Below, one piece after another: positions 9,662 to 17,220 of a stretch of DNA of 64,000 nt. The DNA comes from an uncultured Chloroflexia bacterium (lineage in GTDB: Bacteria; Chloroflexota; Limnocylindria; Limnocylindrales; CSP1-4): the NCBI GenBank assembly GCA_963734535.1, contig CAVTHS010000004.1:1-64000 (forward strand), given 5' to 3'. The position numbers and the translations under genes are program-made. The notes beneath the pieces were generated by a model. It made no database searches, had not been told where the DNA came from, and saw only the letters and a program-made list of their open reading frames with translations. Position 1 is the first letter of the stretch, and every line of letters begins with the position of its first letter.

Positions 9662-10392
9662 GCGGCTTCCTGGCGCTGTCGATCGCGACCCGGGCGCGTG
9701 AGCCAGCCATAGATGCCCAGGACCCCGATGGCGAACAGCAGGCCTCCCAGCACATCGGTCGGATAGTGGACGTTGATGGCCATGCGCGCGAGCCCCACCA
9801 GGATGACCCACACGATCAGGACCGCCCAGACCGCCACCCGGGCGGCGAGCGGCCAGGCGCTGCGCCATGACCTGATGGCGACGATGCCCAGGATCGTCAG
9901 CGCTTCCAGGACGTGGCCGGAGGGGTAGCTGTACACGACACCGGGGATCGTGGGATCGGTTCCGGACGGGCGCGGTCGCGCCACCAGCTGCTTGAAGCCC
10001 TCGCTGCCAGCCGTGATGGCGATGAGCATGACTGCGACGATCAGCGCCTCACGGCGCCGGTGGGTGAAGAAGAGCCACACGACCAGCCCGACGCCGATCA
10101 CGATCAGCGGGATGTTTGCGGACGAGGAGAAGCCCTGCCAGATGTCTGGCAGTCCATCCAGGGTTCTCGCGAAAGCCAGGATCGTCTGATCGAAGGGGAT
10201 CACAACCTTGCTCGCCACGAGCACGGTGAGCATGAGGAAGCCGGCCAAACCCGCCACCGCCAGGATGAGCCACGCCGCTCCGTTGGCGACGCCGGCCGTG
10301 TCGTGGGGCGCCGTCCGGGCCTGACCCGGCGCGCGAGCCGGGAGCCCGAGTGCGCGGCCCGGAGTCTGCGGATCGGTCGTCTCGGTCGTCAT
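9658..10392 (-). CDS. PAP2 family membrane phosphatase
   Basis: KQLVARPRP, SYPSGH, ARMAINVHYPTDV. Confidence 0.92.
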   Translation of the reverse strand: MTTETTDPQTPGRALGLPARAPGQARTAPHDTAGVANGAAWLILAVAGLAGFLMLTVLVASKVVIPFDQTILAFARTLDGLPDIWQGFSSSANIPLIVIGVGLVVWLFFTHRRREALIVAVMLIAITAGSEGFKQLVARPRPSGTDPTIPGVVYSYPSGHVLEALTILGIVAIRSWRSAWPLAARVAVWAVLIVWVILVGLARMAINVHYPTDVLGGLLFAIGVLGIYGWLTRPGRDRQRQEAA

Positions 10393-10399
10393 GGTGAGG

Positions 10400-10467
10400 A
10401 CAATGAGGAGCCCGTCCGCTCGCCGATCACACGGATCCCGCCCCCGGCGTTGCATTCACGCGGCAAA
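10400..10467 (-). promoter_or_regulatory. Island promoter F: TTGC-N9-GCAAC-N43-CATTGT, probably leaderless
   Basis: Minus-strand tttgccgcgtgaatgcaac (10449-10467); -10 at 10400-10405 is 7 nt from ATG 10392. Confidence 0.7.
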
Positions 10468-10516
10468 CGGCGGCCTTCGCGCCCGCCCTGCAGTCCCGGC
10501 CGTCCGCCGCCGACGT

Positions 10517-10584
10517 GTCGATAGGCGACTGCAATCCCCGGAACAGCCGGGGCGCCCTGTCCGATATGCCCGTGCGGCGATGAT
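10517..10584 (+). promoter_or_regulatory. Island promoter G: TCGA-N9-GCAAT-N43-GATGAT
   Basis: gtcgataggcgactgcaat at 10517-10535; gatgat at 10579-10584. Confidence 0.5.
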
Positions 10585-10692
10585 CGGACTCGACGGCCGT
10601 CGGGCCTCCGAGAATGCCCCGAGAAAACGCACCGAAGGGGAGGGGATGCTCGACAGCCTGCCTGAGACACGGCGAGATCCGCTGGGCACATC

Positions 10693-11049
10693 ATGGGCGA
10701 GGCGCCCGCGGGGGTCATCGTCTACACCGCCGACGGGACGATCATGGTGACGATCTCCGCTTCGGATCGTCCGCCGATCGAGGGCAACGATCCGTTCGGT
10801 GGCCCTGACCACCAGCGGCTCGCGGCAATGCGGACGTTCCTTGCCTACTCGGGGACGTACCACCTCGACGGCTCCGACCTGATCCACGATGTCGTGATCA
10901 GCTTCTACCCGAACTGGGTGGGAGGAGCGCAGCGGCGGCATGCCGCCCTGTCGGACAACGGTCGGACCCTCACGCTCAGCACGGACCCGATCGTGGCGGC
11001 GGGCCGGACGAGCATCCAGCGCCTCGTCTGGGATCGCGTCAGCGAGTGA
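10693..11049 (+). CDS. Lipocalin-like domain protein, apparently N-terminally truncated
   Basis: G.I.YT.DG, AYSGTY, PNWVG..Q.R and L.W.R motifs; the usual N-terminal GxW strand is missing. Confidence 0.75.
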   Translation: MGEAPAGVIVYTADGTIMVTISASDRPPIEGNDPFGGPDHQRLAAMRTFLAYSGTYHLDGSDLIHDVVISFYPNWVGGAQRRHAALSDNGRTLTLSTDPIVAAGRTSIQRLVWDRVSE

Positions 11050-11102
11050 CCCCAGGCGTCCGGGGTACCGGCTTCGTGACCCGGTGGACCTGCCGCGTTC
11101 GT

Positions 11103-11171
11103 GTTGTCGTGAGCCTGTAACGCGGCCGACCGCGTGGCGCATCCGGAGCACCGCGGTGCGGGCCGTAGTGT
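11103..11171 (+). promoter_or_regulatory. Island promoter H: TTGT-N9-GTAAC-N44-TAGTGT
   Basis: gttgtcgtgagcctgtaac at 11103-11121; tagtgt at 11166-11171, 8 nt before ATG 11180. Confidence 0.55.
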
Positions 11172-11179
11172 CTCCGACC

Positions 11180-12253
11180 ATGACGATCCTCATCTCGGTC
11201 TTCGGGTTCGCCGGCCGGCTCGCCGGAGGCCTCCTCATGAGCGCACTCGGCTGGGCCAGCAGCCTGCTGTTCGGGAGGGTGCCACGGTCGCACCAGGTCT
11301 TCCTGGTCCTGATGATGGCGGGGTCCTTCACCTGGCTCCTGTTCGTCCTGGGCCTTGTGCTTCCGAGCATCGCCGCGCTGCTCCTCAGTGCGACGCCCCA
11401 CCCTCCGTTCGTCGACCAGGCCTGGCTCGCCTTCGTGCTGCTCGTCGGGATGTTCCTCCTGCCGCTCGGCGTTGGCCTCGCGGGGTACCTCGTGCCCGCC
11501 GCGGGTGAGCGTCCGGGCGGGGTGGCCGTCGTCCGCGAGCTGCTCCGCGGCTATCTCCTCGCGCCCGTGGTCAGCGGCCTGCTGCTTTTCCTCGGGGCCG
11601 TCGGGATCGTGCGCAAGGTCCGAAGCCGGCGGCACGGCTGGTCCGATGTCCACGTCCCGATCGTGGTCAAGCCCGGTGGGTATGAGCAGATGGTGCTCGA
11701 TCTGCAGCAGGCCCTCGCTGGCGCGGACGTCCCGGCCACCGCGCAGGACGCCCCCTGGGTCCTGACCCTGCCGGCGCGGCTGCTGGCCCGGGTGGCCGGC
11801 GGCAATGTCCGAAAGCTGCGGCCCGACCGCCTCGTCGAGCTGCGTCGCCCGGACCTGCGGATCGGCATGTATCCCTCGGACATCGCGATCTCCGGCGCCC
11901 TCCGCGACCGGACCCGCGCACGAGCCGCGGTCCTGAGCCGGCTCGCGACAAGCTCGGCGCACCTAACCATCAGCGCCGAGGCCCAGGAGCTCGAGGACCG
12001 GCTGGAGGGCGTCGCGACGCCCGCCGGCGCGACCGGACCCCTTCCGATCGCCAACGCGCGGGCCGTGTTCTCGGCGATCGACGCGCGCCTGCTCGACCTC
12101 GCTGTCCCGACGGACGAGTGGGACATCCTGTACCGCCTCCGCCTCCAGATCGAGCGCGACCTCCTCGCGGGGGCCGAGCCGGGGATGGCCTTCCCCGGCC
12201 ACGAGCGCGAGTCGAGCGGTGGGGCGGCGCCGCAGCCGGTGGAGGCCTTGTGA
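11180..12253 (+). CDS. Hypothetical membrane protein (N-terminal TM helices plus soluble C-terminal domain)
   Basis: Long ORF with coherent hydrophobic segments; family not recognised. Confidence 0.8.
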   Translation: MTILISVFGFAGRLAGGLLMSALGWASSLLFGRVPRSHQVFLVLMMAGSFTWLLFVLGLVLPSIAALLLSATPHPPFVDQAWLAFVLLVGMFLLPLGVGLAGYLVPAAGERPGGVAVVRELLRGYLLAPVVSGLLLFLGAVGIVRKVRSRRHGWSDVHVPIVVKPGGYEQMVLDLQQALAGADVPATAQDAPWVLTLPARLLARVAGGNVRKLRPDRLVELRRPDLRIGMYPSDIAISGALRDRTRARAAVLSRLATSSAHLTISAEAQELEDRLEGVATPAGATGPLPIANARAVFSAIDARLLDLAVPTDEWDILYRLRLQIERDLLAGAEPGMAFPGHERESSGGAAPQPVEAL

Positions 12254-12314
12254 GGCGGCTGCAACGCCGCAGGCGCTGTCGCCGGTCAATTCGGGCCCAA
12301 GCGTCAAGCACCCT
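12247..12314 (+). promoter_or_regulatory. Island promoter I: TTGT-N9-GCAAC-N43-CACCCT
   Basis: cttgtgaggcggctgcaac at 12247-12265; caccct at 12309-12314. Confidence 0.6.
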
Positions 12315-12364
12315 GAGAGTCGCCGGGCGACGCCTGTCGGCCCGGCCAACCAGGAGGAGATGTG

Positions 12365-12835
12365 ATGTCCCGCGTGGAAAAGCAGATCGTGGTCGATGTT
12401 CCGGTCGAGGCCGCGTATGACCAGTGGACCCAGTTCGAGTTGTTCCCATCCTTCATGGAGGGCGTCGAACGGGTCGTCCAGCACGACGACAGGACGCTCA
12501 CGTGGTGGGTGAAGATCGCCGGAAAGCGCCAGGAGTGGACGGCCGAGATCGTCGACCAGACGCCGAACACGCGGATCGCCTGGAAGAGCACGCAGGGCAC
12601 CGAGAACGCCGGCGCGGTGCTGTTCGCGCCGCTGGATGCGGGCCGGACACGGGTGACGCTCTCGATCGAGGCGCGGCCCGACGGGATCGTCGAGCACATC
12701 GGGGATGCGGCCGGGTTCCTCGACCGCCAGGTCCAGGGTGACCTCGAACGGTTCAGGGCCTTCATCGAGACGCGCCGCGTCCCAACCGGTGCGTGGCAGG
12801 GCGAGATCCACGGCAAGGAGGTCGTCCGCTCCTGA
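12365..12835 (+). CDS. SRPBCC (polyketide cyclase-like) family protein
   Basis: VDVPVEAAYDQWTQFELFPSFMEGV...RIAWKS...NAGAV...GDLERFRAFIE; AGGAGG RBS. Confidence 0.93.
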   Translation: MSRVEKQIVVDVPVEAAYDQWTQFELFPSFMEGVERVVQHDDRTLTWWVKIAGKRQEWTAEIVDQTPNTRIAWKSTQGTENAGAVLFAPLDAGRTRVTLSIEARPDGIVEHIGDAAGFLDRQVQGDLERFRAFIETRRVPTGAWQGEIHGKEVVRS

Positions 12836-12861
12836 GACGGAGGCGCTGCTCCGCTGAACGC

Positions 12862-12894
12862 GCCGGGCTCCTCTGACGAGGGCCCGGCTCTCTC
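12862..12894 (+). terminator. Putative intrinsic terminator hairpin
   Basis: gccgggctcctc-tgac-gagggcccggc followed by tctctc, just after the SRPBCC stop. Confidence 0.5.
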
Positions 12895-13108
12895 GTGGGC
12901 ATCGTCGCGCTCCGTGGAGCTCGAGGGCGGCGGACGTGCGGCGGGTGGACGCGCAATGTCGCTCGCGCCCGACAGCGCTCGAGCATCGATGAGAACTGGC
13001 CGAGGCACGATCGGCCCCACGTGAGAATTCTCGGTTGGCGTCCAGCGGAGGTCGCGCCTCGCCTGTTCCCGGGCAGCGCAGAATGGCTACGTGAGAAGGC
13101 GCGGCAGC

Positions 13109-14350
13109 ATGGGACGAACCGCACGTGCCCGGACGGCCATCCTTGTCGCGATGGTCAGCCTCGTCGGCGCGTGCGCCGGTCCCTCATCCCCGCTCGCTGG
13201 TTCATCCACCGCGCCGATCGCGAGCGCGTGGCCACGTGCGACCTCGACCGCCGCCCCGTCCATCGCGGCGCCCTCGCCGAGCGCGGCAATCCCGGTCTCC
13301 TGCGCGCGGCGGGCCCTGGACGGGATGACCACCGCCCAGCGGATTGGCCAGCTGTTCCTGCTCGGCCTCGCCGACGATCGGCTGGGCCCCGCCGAGCTGA
13401 GCGCCATCCGTGACGAGCATGTCGGGTCGGTCTGGTTCACGGCCCAGACGGTGATCGGCCTGGCGGGGATCCGGGCCGTTGCGGACGGGGTCCAGGCCCA
13501 GGCCAATGCAACCACGACAGCCGACGTGGGCTTCTACGTGGCGGCGAACCAGGAGGGCGGGCTGATCCAGGCTCTGGCAGGTCCGGGGTTCTCATCCGTC
13601 CCCTCGGCTCTCGTCCAGGGCGGGCGATCCCCGTCAAACCTGGCCGCCGACGCCGAGCGCTGGGGACAGGAGCTGCGGGCCGCCGGGATCAACCTCGATT
13701 TTGCGCCGGTCTTCGATGTGGTCCCGCCGGGCGCCGAGGCGACCAACCGGCCGATCGGCGCGCTCGACCGCGAATACGGCCACGATCCAGCCACGGCCGG
13801 CAGCCATGCGGCGGCCTTCGTGGCAGGCATGACCCGGGCCGGGGTCGCCACCACAGCCAAGCACTTCCCGGGTCTCGGTCGCGTCGCCGGCAACACGGAT
13901 GTGTCCGCCGGGGTGATGGACACGGTGACGACGGCGAAGGATCCAGACCTCGAGTTGTTCCGGGCTGGGATCATCGCCGGTGTCCCGTTCGTGATGGTCT
14001 CCCTCGCCACCTATTCGCGCATCGATCCCGTGCACCTGGCGGCGTTCTCCCCCCTCGTCATCGGCGGCCTGTTGCGCGGCGACCTCGGGTTCCGGGGGGT
14101 GGTCATGTCCGATGACATCGGGGCGACGACTGCCGTCGCGACGATGCCACCGGGCCAGCGGGCGCTCGAGTTCCTCCTCGCGGGCGGCGACCTCATCGTC
14201 TCCAAGACCACGGCGGCGACGACGGCCATGGTCGCGGCCGTGCAGGCTCGCGCGGCGGCCGACCCGAGGGTCTCAGCACGCGTGGACGACGCGGCGTTGC
14301 GCGTCCTGGACGCAAAGGAGGCCTCGGGCCTGCTGCCCTGCTCCGGGTGA
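13109..14350 (+). CDS. Glycoside hydrolase family 3 (NagZ-like) lipoprotein
   Basis: Lipobox-like LVGAC, Pro/Ser/Ala linker, NQEGG, FAPVFDV, KHFPGLG, VMSDD. Confidence 0.9.
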   Translation: MGRTARARTAILVAMVSLVGACAGPSSPLAGSSTAPIASAWPRATSTAAPSIAAPSPSAAIPVSCARRALDGMTTAQRIGQLFLLGLADDRLGPAELSAIRDEHVGSVWFTAQTVIGLAGIRAVADGVQAQANATTTADVGFYVAANQEGGLIQALAGPGFSSVPSALVQGGRSPSNLAADAERWGQELRAAGINLDFAPVFDVVPPGAEATNRPIGALDREYGHDPATAGSHAAAFVAGMTRAGVATTAKHFPGLGRVAGNTDVSAGVMDTVTTAKDPDLELFRAGIIAGVPFVMVSLATYSRIDPVHLAAFSPLVIGGLLRGDLGFRGVVMSDDIGATTAVATMPPGQRALEFLLAGGDLIVSKTTAATTAMVAAVQARAAADPRVSARVDDAALRVLDAKEASGLLPCSG

Positions 14351-14424
14351 CCTGGAGCAACCCGAGGCTCCCTGGCTGGAGAGAATGCGGCGCTCGCAGG
14401 CCGCGTTCTCGCTGTCTGCCGCGG

Positions 14425-14826
14425 CTACCCCGTTCCGCCATCCAGGAGTGGTCCCGTCCCGAAGGCGTCCTCCGGTGCGGTATCAGCCAGATCGCCGATA
14501 TCGTCGGCCGCGGGCATGGCCGGCGCCGGCGACGCCTCGCCCACGACGGGACCTGGGACCCCGGATGCTCGACGTGACGCCGACCATCGCAGGCAGGCAG
14601 GAGTCACGAGCACGACGAGGACCGTTATGCCCACGATCGCGCCGGCGACCCAGGGCCACCGATTCGCCCGCCGCCGGCGGCGAGGCCAGCCGTCGGCAAC
14701 AGCTTCGCGAGCGGAGGTGAACGCCGAGCGCGAGGCCCCGATGAGATCCGCGTCGGAGACCCGCTGCTGGGCTTCCTCCAGTGTCGAGACAATGCCCTTG
14801 AGGGACGGTCGCTCGTCGACCTGCAT
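14425..14826 (-). CDS. Hypothetical single-TM protein
   Basis: AGGAGG RBS; RRRR-WPW followed by a TM helix. Confidence 0.7.
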   Translation of the reverse strand: MQVDERPSLKGIVSTLEEAQQRVSDADLIGASRSAFTSAREAVADGWPRRRRRANRWPWVAGAIVGITVLVVLVTPACLRWSASRRASGVPGPVVGEASPAPAMPAADDIGDLADTAPEDAFGTGPLLDGGTG

Positions 14827-14929
14827 CTGAACCTCCTGCTGTATGCGCGCGCGGCTCCAGGGACCTGCGGCCGCGAGGCCGGAAGAGTGGCGGGGCGAGG
14901 CCCTCGCTCCTCGAGAACGTGGCGCGAAA

Positions 14930-15322
14930 TCAGGCATCGGGAGCCGCGGGCGTCACGTTCTTCGGCGTTCGGGTGGCCGCCAGCGACGGCTCGCCCGGCA
15001 CCTCGGCCGGCGGATCGAGATGACGAACGACCCGGTGGGCGACCCACGTCGCTGCCCAACCCGCCGGGAGATACCGGAAGGGCAGCAGCATGAGGCTCGC
15101 ACTGGCAAGCTCCTGGGCGGCCGGGTGTCGGACGGCGCTGCGAGCCAGGTCTCGAGCCTTCCCCGGGCTGCGCAGGTCCCGCAGGAGGGCGCCCCGGTCG
15201 TGAACGGCGCGCTCGCGGACCCCGCGAAGGGTCTCCGAACGCGCAGTCGCCGCGATCAGGCGGCGAGTCTCGGGCAGGGTGACGACGCGGACCAAGCTGG
15301 CAAGCCTGCTCATTGGAGGCAT
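14930..15322 (-). CDS. Hypothetical protein
   Basis: Fills the gap between co-oriented genes; helical protein-like composition; start may be 15313. Confidence 0.6.
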   Translation of the reverse strand: MPPMSRLASLVRVVTLPETRRLIAATARSETLRGVRERAVHDRGALLRDLRSPGKARDLARSAVRHPAAQELASASLMLLPFRYLPAGWAATWVAHRVVRHLDPPAEVPGEPSLAATRTPKNVTPAAPDA

Positions 15323-15365
15323 GCGACTCTTCCGTGGTGGTCCGCGCCATCACGGGCGCGGACCA

Positions 15366-15839
15366 TCATTGCTCGCGCCGACCGGCGATGGCGCGGACCG
15401 ACGCCCGCGCGGTCACCTTGCGAGCGGCCATCCGCCTGCCGAGGGCTTCGAGCTCAGGCCGATCGAAGATGCGGCGCGCCTTCGCGAACATCTCCGTCTC
15501 TTCCTCTTCGATGTGATGCTCGACGTTCTCGCGCATGACGGCCGCCTTTGCACCCCAGGCCTCGTTGTCGGGCGCCAGGTTCGTCAGCTCGCCGAGCAGC
15601 GTGTCGACGACATTGTGCTCCTCGATCCCCTCCAGCACGATGTCCCGTGCCCTGGGATGCTCCTTGAGGGCCGGGTAGAAGATCTCCTCCTCGATGGTCT
15701 CGTGGACCGTGAGCTCGGCCTTGATCCGGTCGAAGAGGTCGCGGCGGCCAACGCGTGCGCGCGCGGTCGTCGCGCCGAGCCGGAGAAGGAGCCCCTTGAC
15801 CTTGGCGTGGTCTCGCTCGAGCATCATGATGGCGTTCAT
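15366..15839 (-). CDS. Hemerythrin/HHE domain protein
   Basis: DH, HETIEEEIFYPAL, EEH and HHIEEEE..MF motifs; GAGG RBS. Confidence 0.93.
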   Translation of the reverse strand: MNAIMMLERDHAKVKGLLLRLGATTARARVGRRDLFDRIKAELTVHETIEEEIFYPALKEHPRARDIVLEGIEEHNVVDTLLGELTNLAPDNEAWGAKAAVMRENVEHHIEEEETEMFAKARRIFDRPELEALGRRMAARKVTARASVRAIAGRREQ

Positions 15840-15920
15840 GGTCGACACCTCTCGCAACGGTGATCGCACCGCGGCCACCCGGGCTCGCTCCGAGTCGCGC
15901 GGCTGAAGTGCGGAGATGGA

Positions 15921-15953
15921 GCTGCCCGCCGCGCGTGTGACGCGGCGGGCAGC
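15921..15953. terminator. Perfect 13-bp inverted repeat, terminator-like
   Basis: gctgcccgccgcg-cgtgtga-cgcggcgggcagc, downstream of the 15994-16284 gene; no poly-U tail. Confidence 0.55.
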
Positions 15954-15993
15954 GCGGCGAATGGGACCAGGCCCGTTCCTGCCGAGGGATCGA

Positions 15994-16284
15994 TCAACGC
16001 CGTTCCTCGCGCTGAGGGATTCCCTTCTCGCGATCGTGCCGCTTCTCGTCGGCGAGCCCGCCAGTCGCGCCGCCCGCCGCACCGATGATGCCTCCGACGA
16101 CCGCCCCAACTGGTCCGCCGACCACCGCGCCGACGGCGGCCCCCGCTATGCCACCGGCAATCGCGCCACTCGCCTCCTCATCGCCGTGGTCGTCGGCCCC
16201 CGGCGCGTAGCCCTTGCGGAGGCGCTCGCGCCGATCGATACCCTCGTCGATGATCGTCTCCCGCTCGGGAACCCTATCGTTCAT
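15994..16284 (-). CDS. Small glycine-zipper protein
   Basis: GAIAGGIAGAAVGAVVGGPVGAVVGGIIGAAGG flanked by charged segments. Confidence 0.8.
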   Translation of the reverse strand: MNDRVPERETIIDEGIDRRERLRKGYAPGADDHGDEEASGAIAGGIAGAAVGAVVGGPVGAVVGGIIGAAGGATGGLADEKRHDREKGIPQREERR

Positions 16285-16335
16285 GAACCGGCCCTCTTGC
16301 TGGGAGTGTGCGCGCGCCGGGCGGCGTCAGCGCTG

Positions 16336-16403
16336 ATGATGGGGGCGGGCACCTTGCCGATGACCACACGGGCGCCGCGCGCGCGTTGCAGCGACGCGGC
16401 AAT
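16336..16403 (-). promoter_or_regulatory. Island promoter J: TTGC-N9-GCAAC-N26-GGCAAG-N11-CATCAT
   Basis: Minus-strand attgccgcgtcgctgcaac (16385-16403), half-site at 16353-16358, -10 at 16336-16341. Confidence 0.7.
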
Positions 16404-16423
16404 ACGATGGGCCGCTGTCCGGG

Positions 16424-16620
16424 TCAGACGCTCGGCTCGGTATCGGCGAAGGTGCCCCGGGTGGCTGCGCTCCTCGGCGTCCTCCTCCGGGGTTGTCTCC
16501 TCGCCGACGGCGAAGCCACCGCGAGCGTGGAGCCGCCGCTCTGCGTTCTCCTCTGGATGCTCTTCCTGCCCGGTCGCGAAGCTTCCGCGATGGTGGATGC
16601 GCTCCTCGGCGTCTCGATCC
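16424..16620 (-). pseudogene. Remnant of a small acidic 22-aa tandem-repeat protein
   Basis: DAEERIHHRGSFATGQEEHPEE / NAERRLHARGGFAVGEETTPEE / DAEERSHP then, after a 1-nt shift, GTFADTEPSV-stop; no RBS-supported start. Confidence 0.55.
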
Positions 16621-16622
16621 TG

Positions 16623-16690
16623 AGAGCGAGAGATCTGCAACGAGATCGACGGTCCGCACAGCGCCGCGGCGATTCGTTCCGTGAGACGGT
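16623..16690 (+). promoter_or_regulatory. Island promoter K: GAGC-N9-GCAAC-N26-GGCGAT-N11-GACGGT
   Basis: tgcaac at 16636-16641, ggcgat at 16668-16673, gacggt at 16685-16690. Confidence 0.55.
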
Positions 16691-16764
16691 GCTCGCGGCC
16701 CGGCACTCGGGCCCAACATGGCCCTTGGCAGGTCGCCGACGGGCCCGAGATCAGGAGGCTGACA

Positions 16765-17016
16765 ATGGCTGAGCTCACGACCAAGGGGCGGGACAAGCTC
16801 CGTTCCTCGCAGTTCGCGTACGTCGACTCGAAGGGCGGGGAGCACCTCCCCATTCATGACGAATTGCACGTGCGGAACGCGATTGCCCGTTTCAGCCAGA
16901 CCGACTTCGAGAGTGCGGCAGCCAAGGAGCGCGCCAGGCGCAGGATCAGGGCCGCCGCGCGCCGCCACGGCATCGAGGTCGACGGCGACGCGAAGACCCG
17001 GCGGCCGAGCCGGTAA
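16765..17016 (+). CDS. Small protein, DUF6582-like
   Basis: AGGAGG RBS; RDKLRSSQFAY...LPIHDELHVRNAIARF.Q...RRIRAAARRHGIEV. Confidence 0.85.
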   Translation: MAELTTKGRDKLRSSQFAYVDSKGGEHLPIHDELHVRNAIARFSQTDFESAAAKERARRRIRAAARRHGIEVDGDAKTRRPSR

Positions 17017-17130
17017 GGGCCGGCCGCATCCAGCGAGCCGCGATCCTTCCTCAACGCTGTGGCCACGGGTCGAACGCACCCCGGGCGTCGGAGGAGTTCA
17101 ATATGGAGTCGCGAGACGGCGCGTCCGGGC

Positions 17131-17199
17131 GTGGCGGACCTCGAGCAACCGCCCCGCAGACTGACCCAAAGCAGCCGAGGGGCACAGACTGCTGACGCT
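17131..17199 (+). promoter_or_regulatory. Island promoter L: TGGC-N9-GCAAC-N44-GACGCT (weak)
   Basis: gtggcggacctcgagcaac at 17131-17149; gacgct at 17194-17199. Confidence 0.4.
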
Positions 17200-17220
17200 G
17201 GCGTGCCACGGAGAGCCCTG

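Noticed and set aside
12940-13030. CGCAAT at 12952 as an island-motif site for the GH3 gene
   Set aside because: No left half-site, and the nearest hexamer (CACGAT) is 48 nt away rather than 43-44.
14827-15990. Island motif upstream of the 14826, 15322 and hemerythrin genes
   Set aside because: I searched by eye and found no site with the right spacing; they may be co-transcribed from elsewhere.
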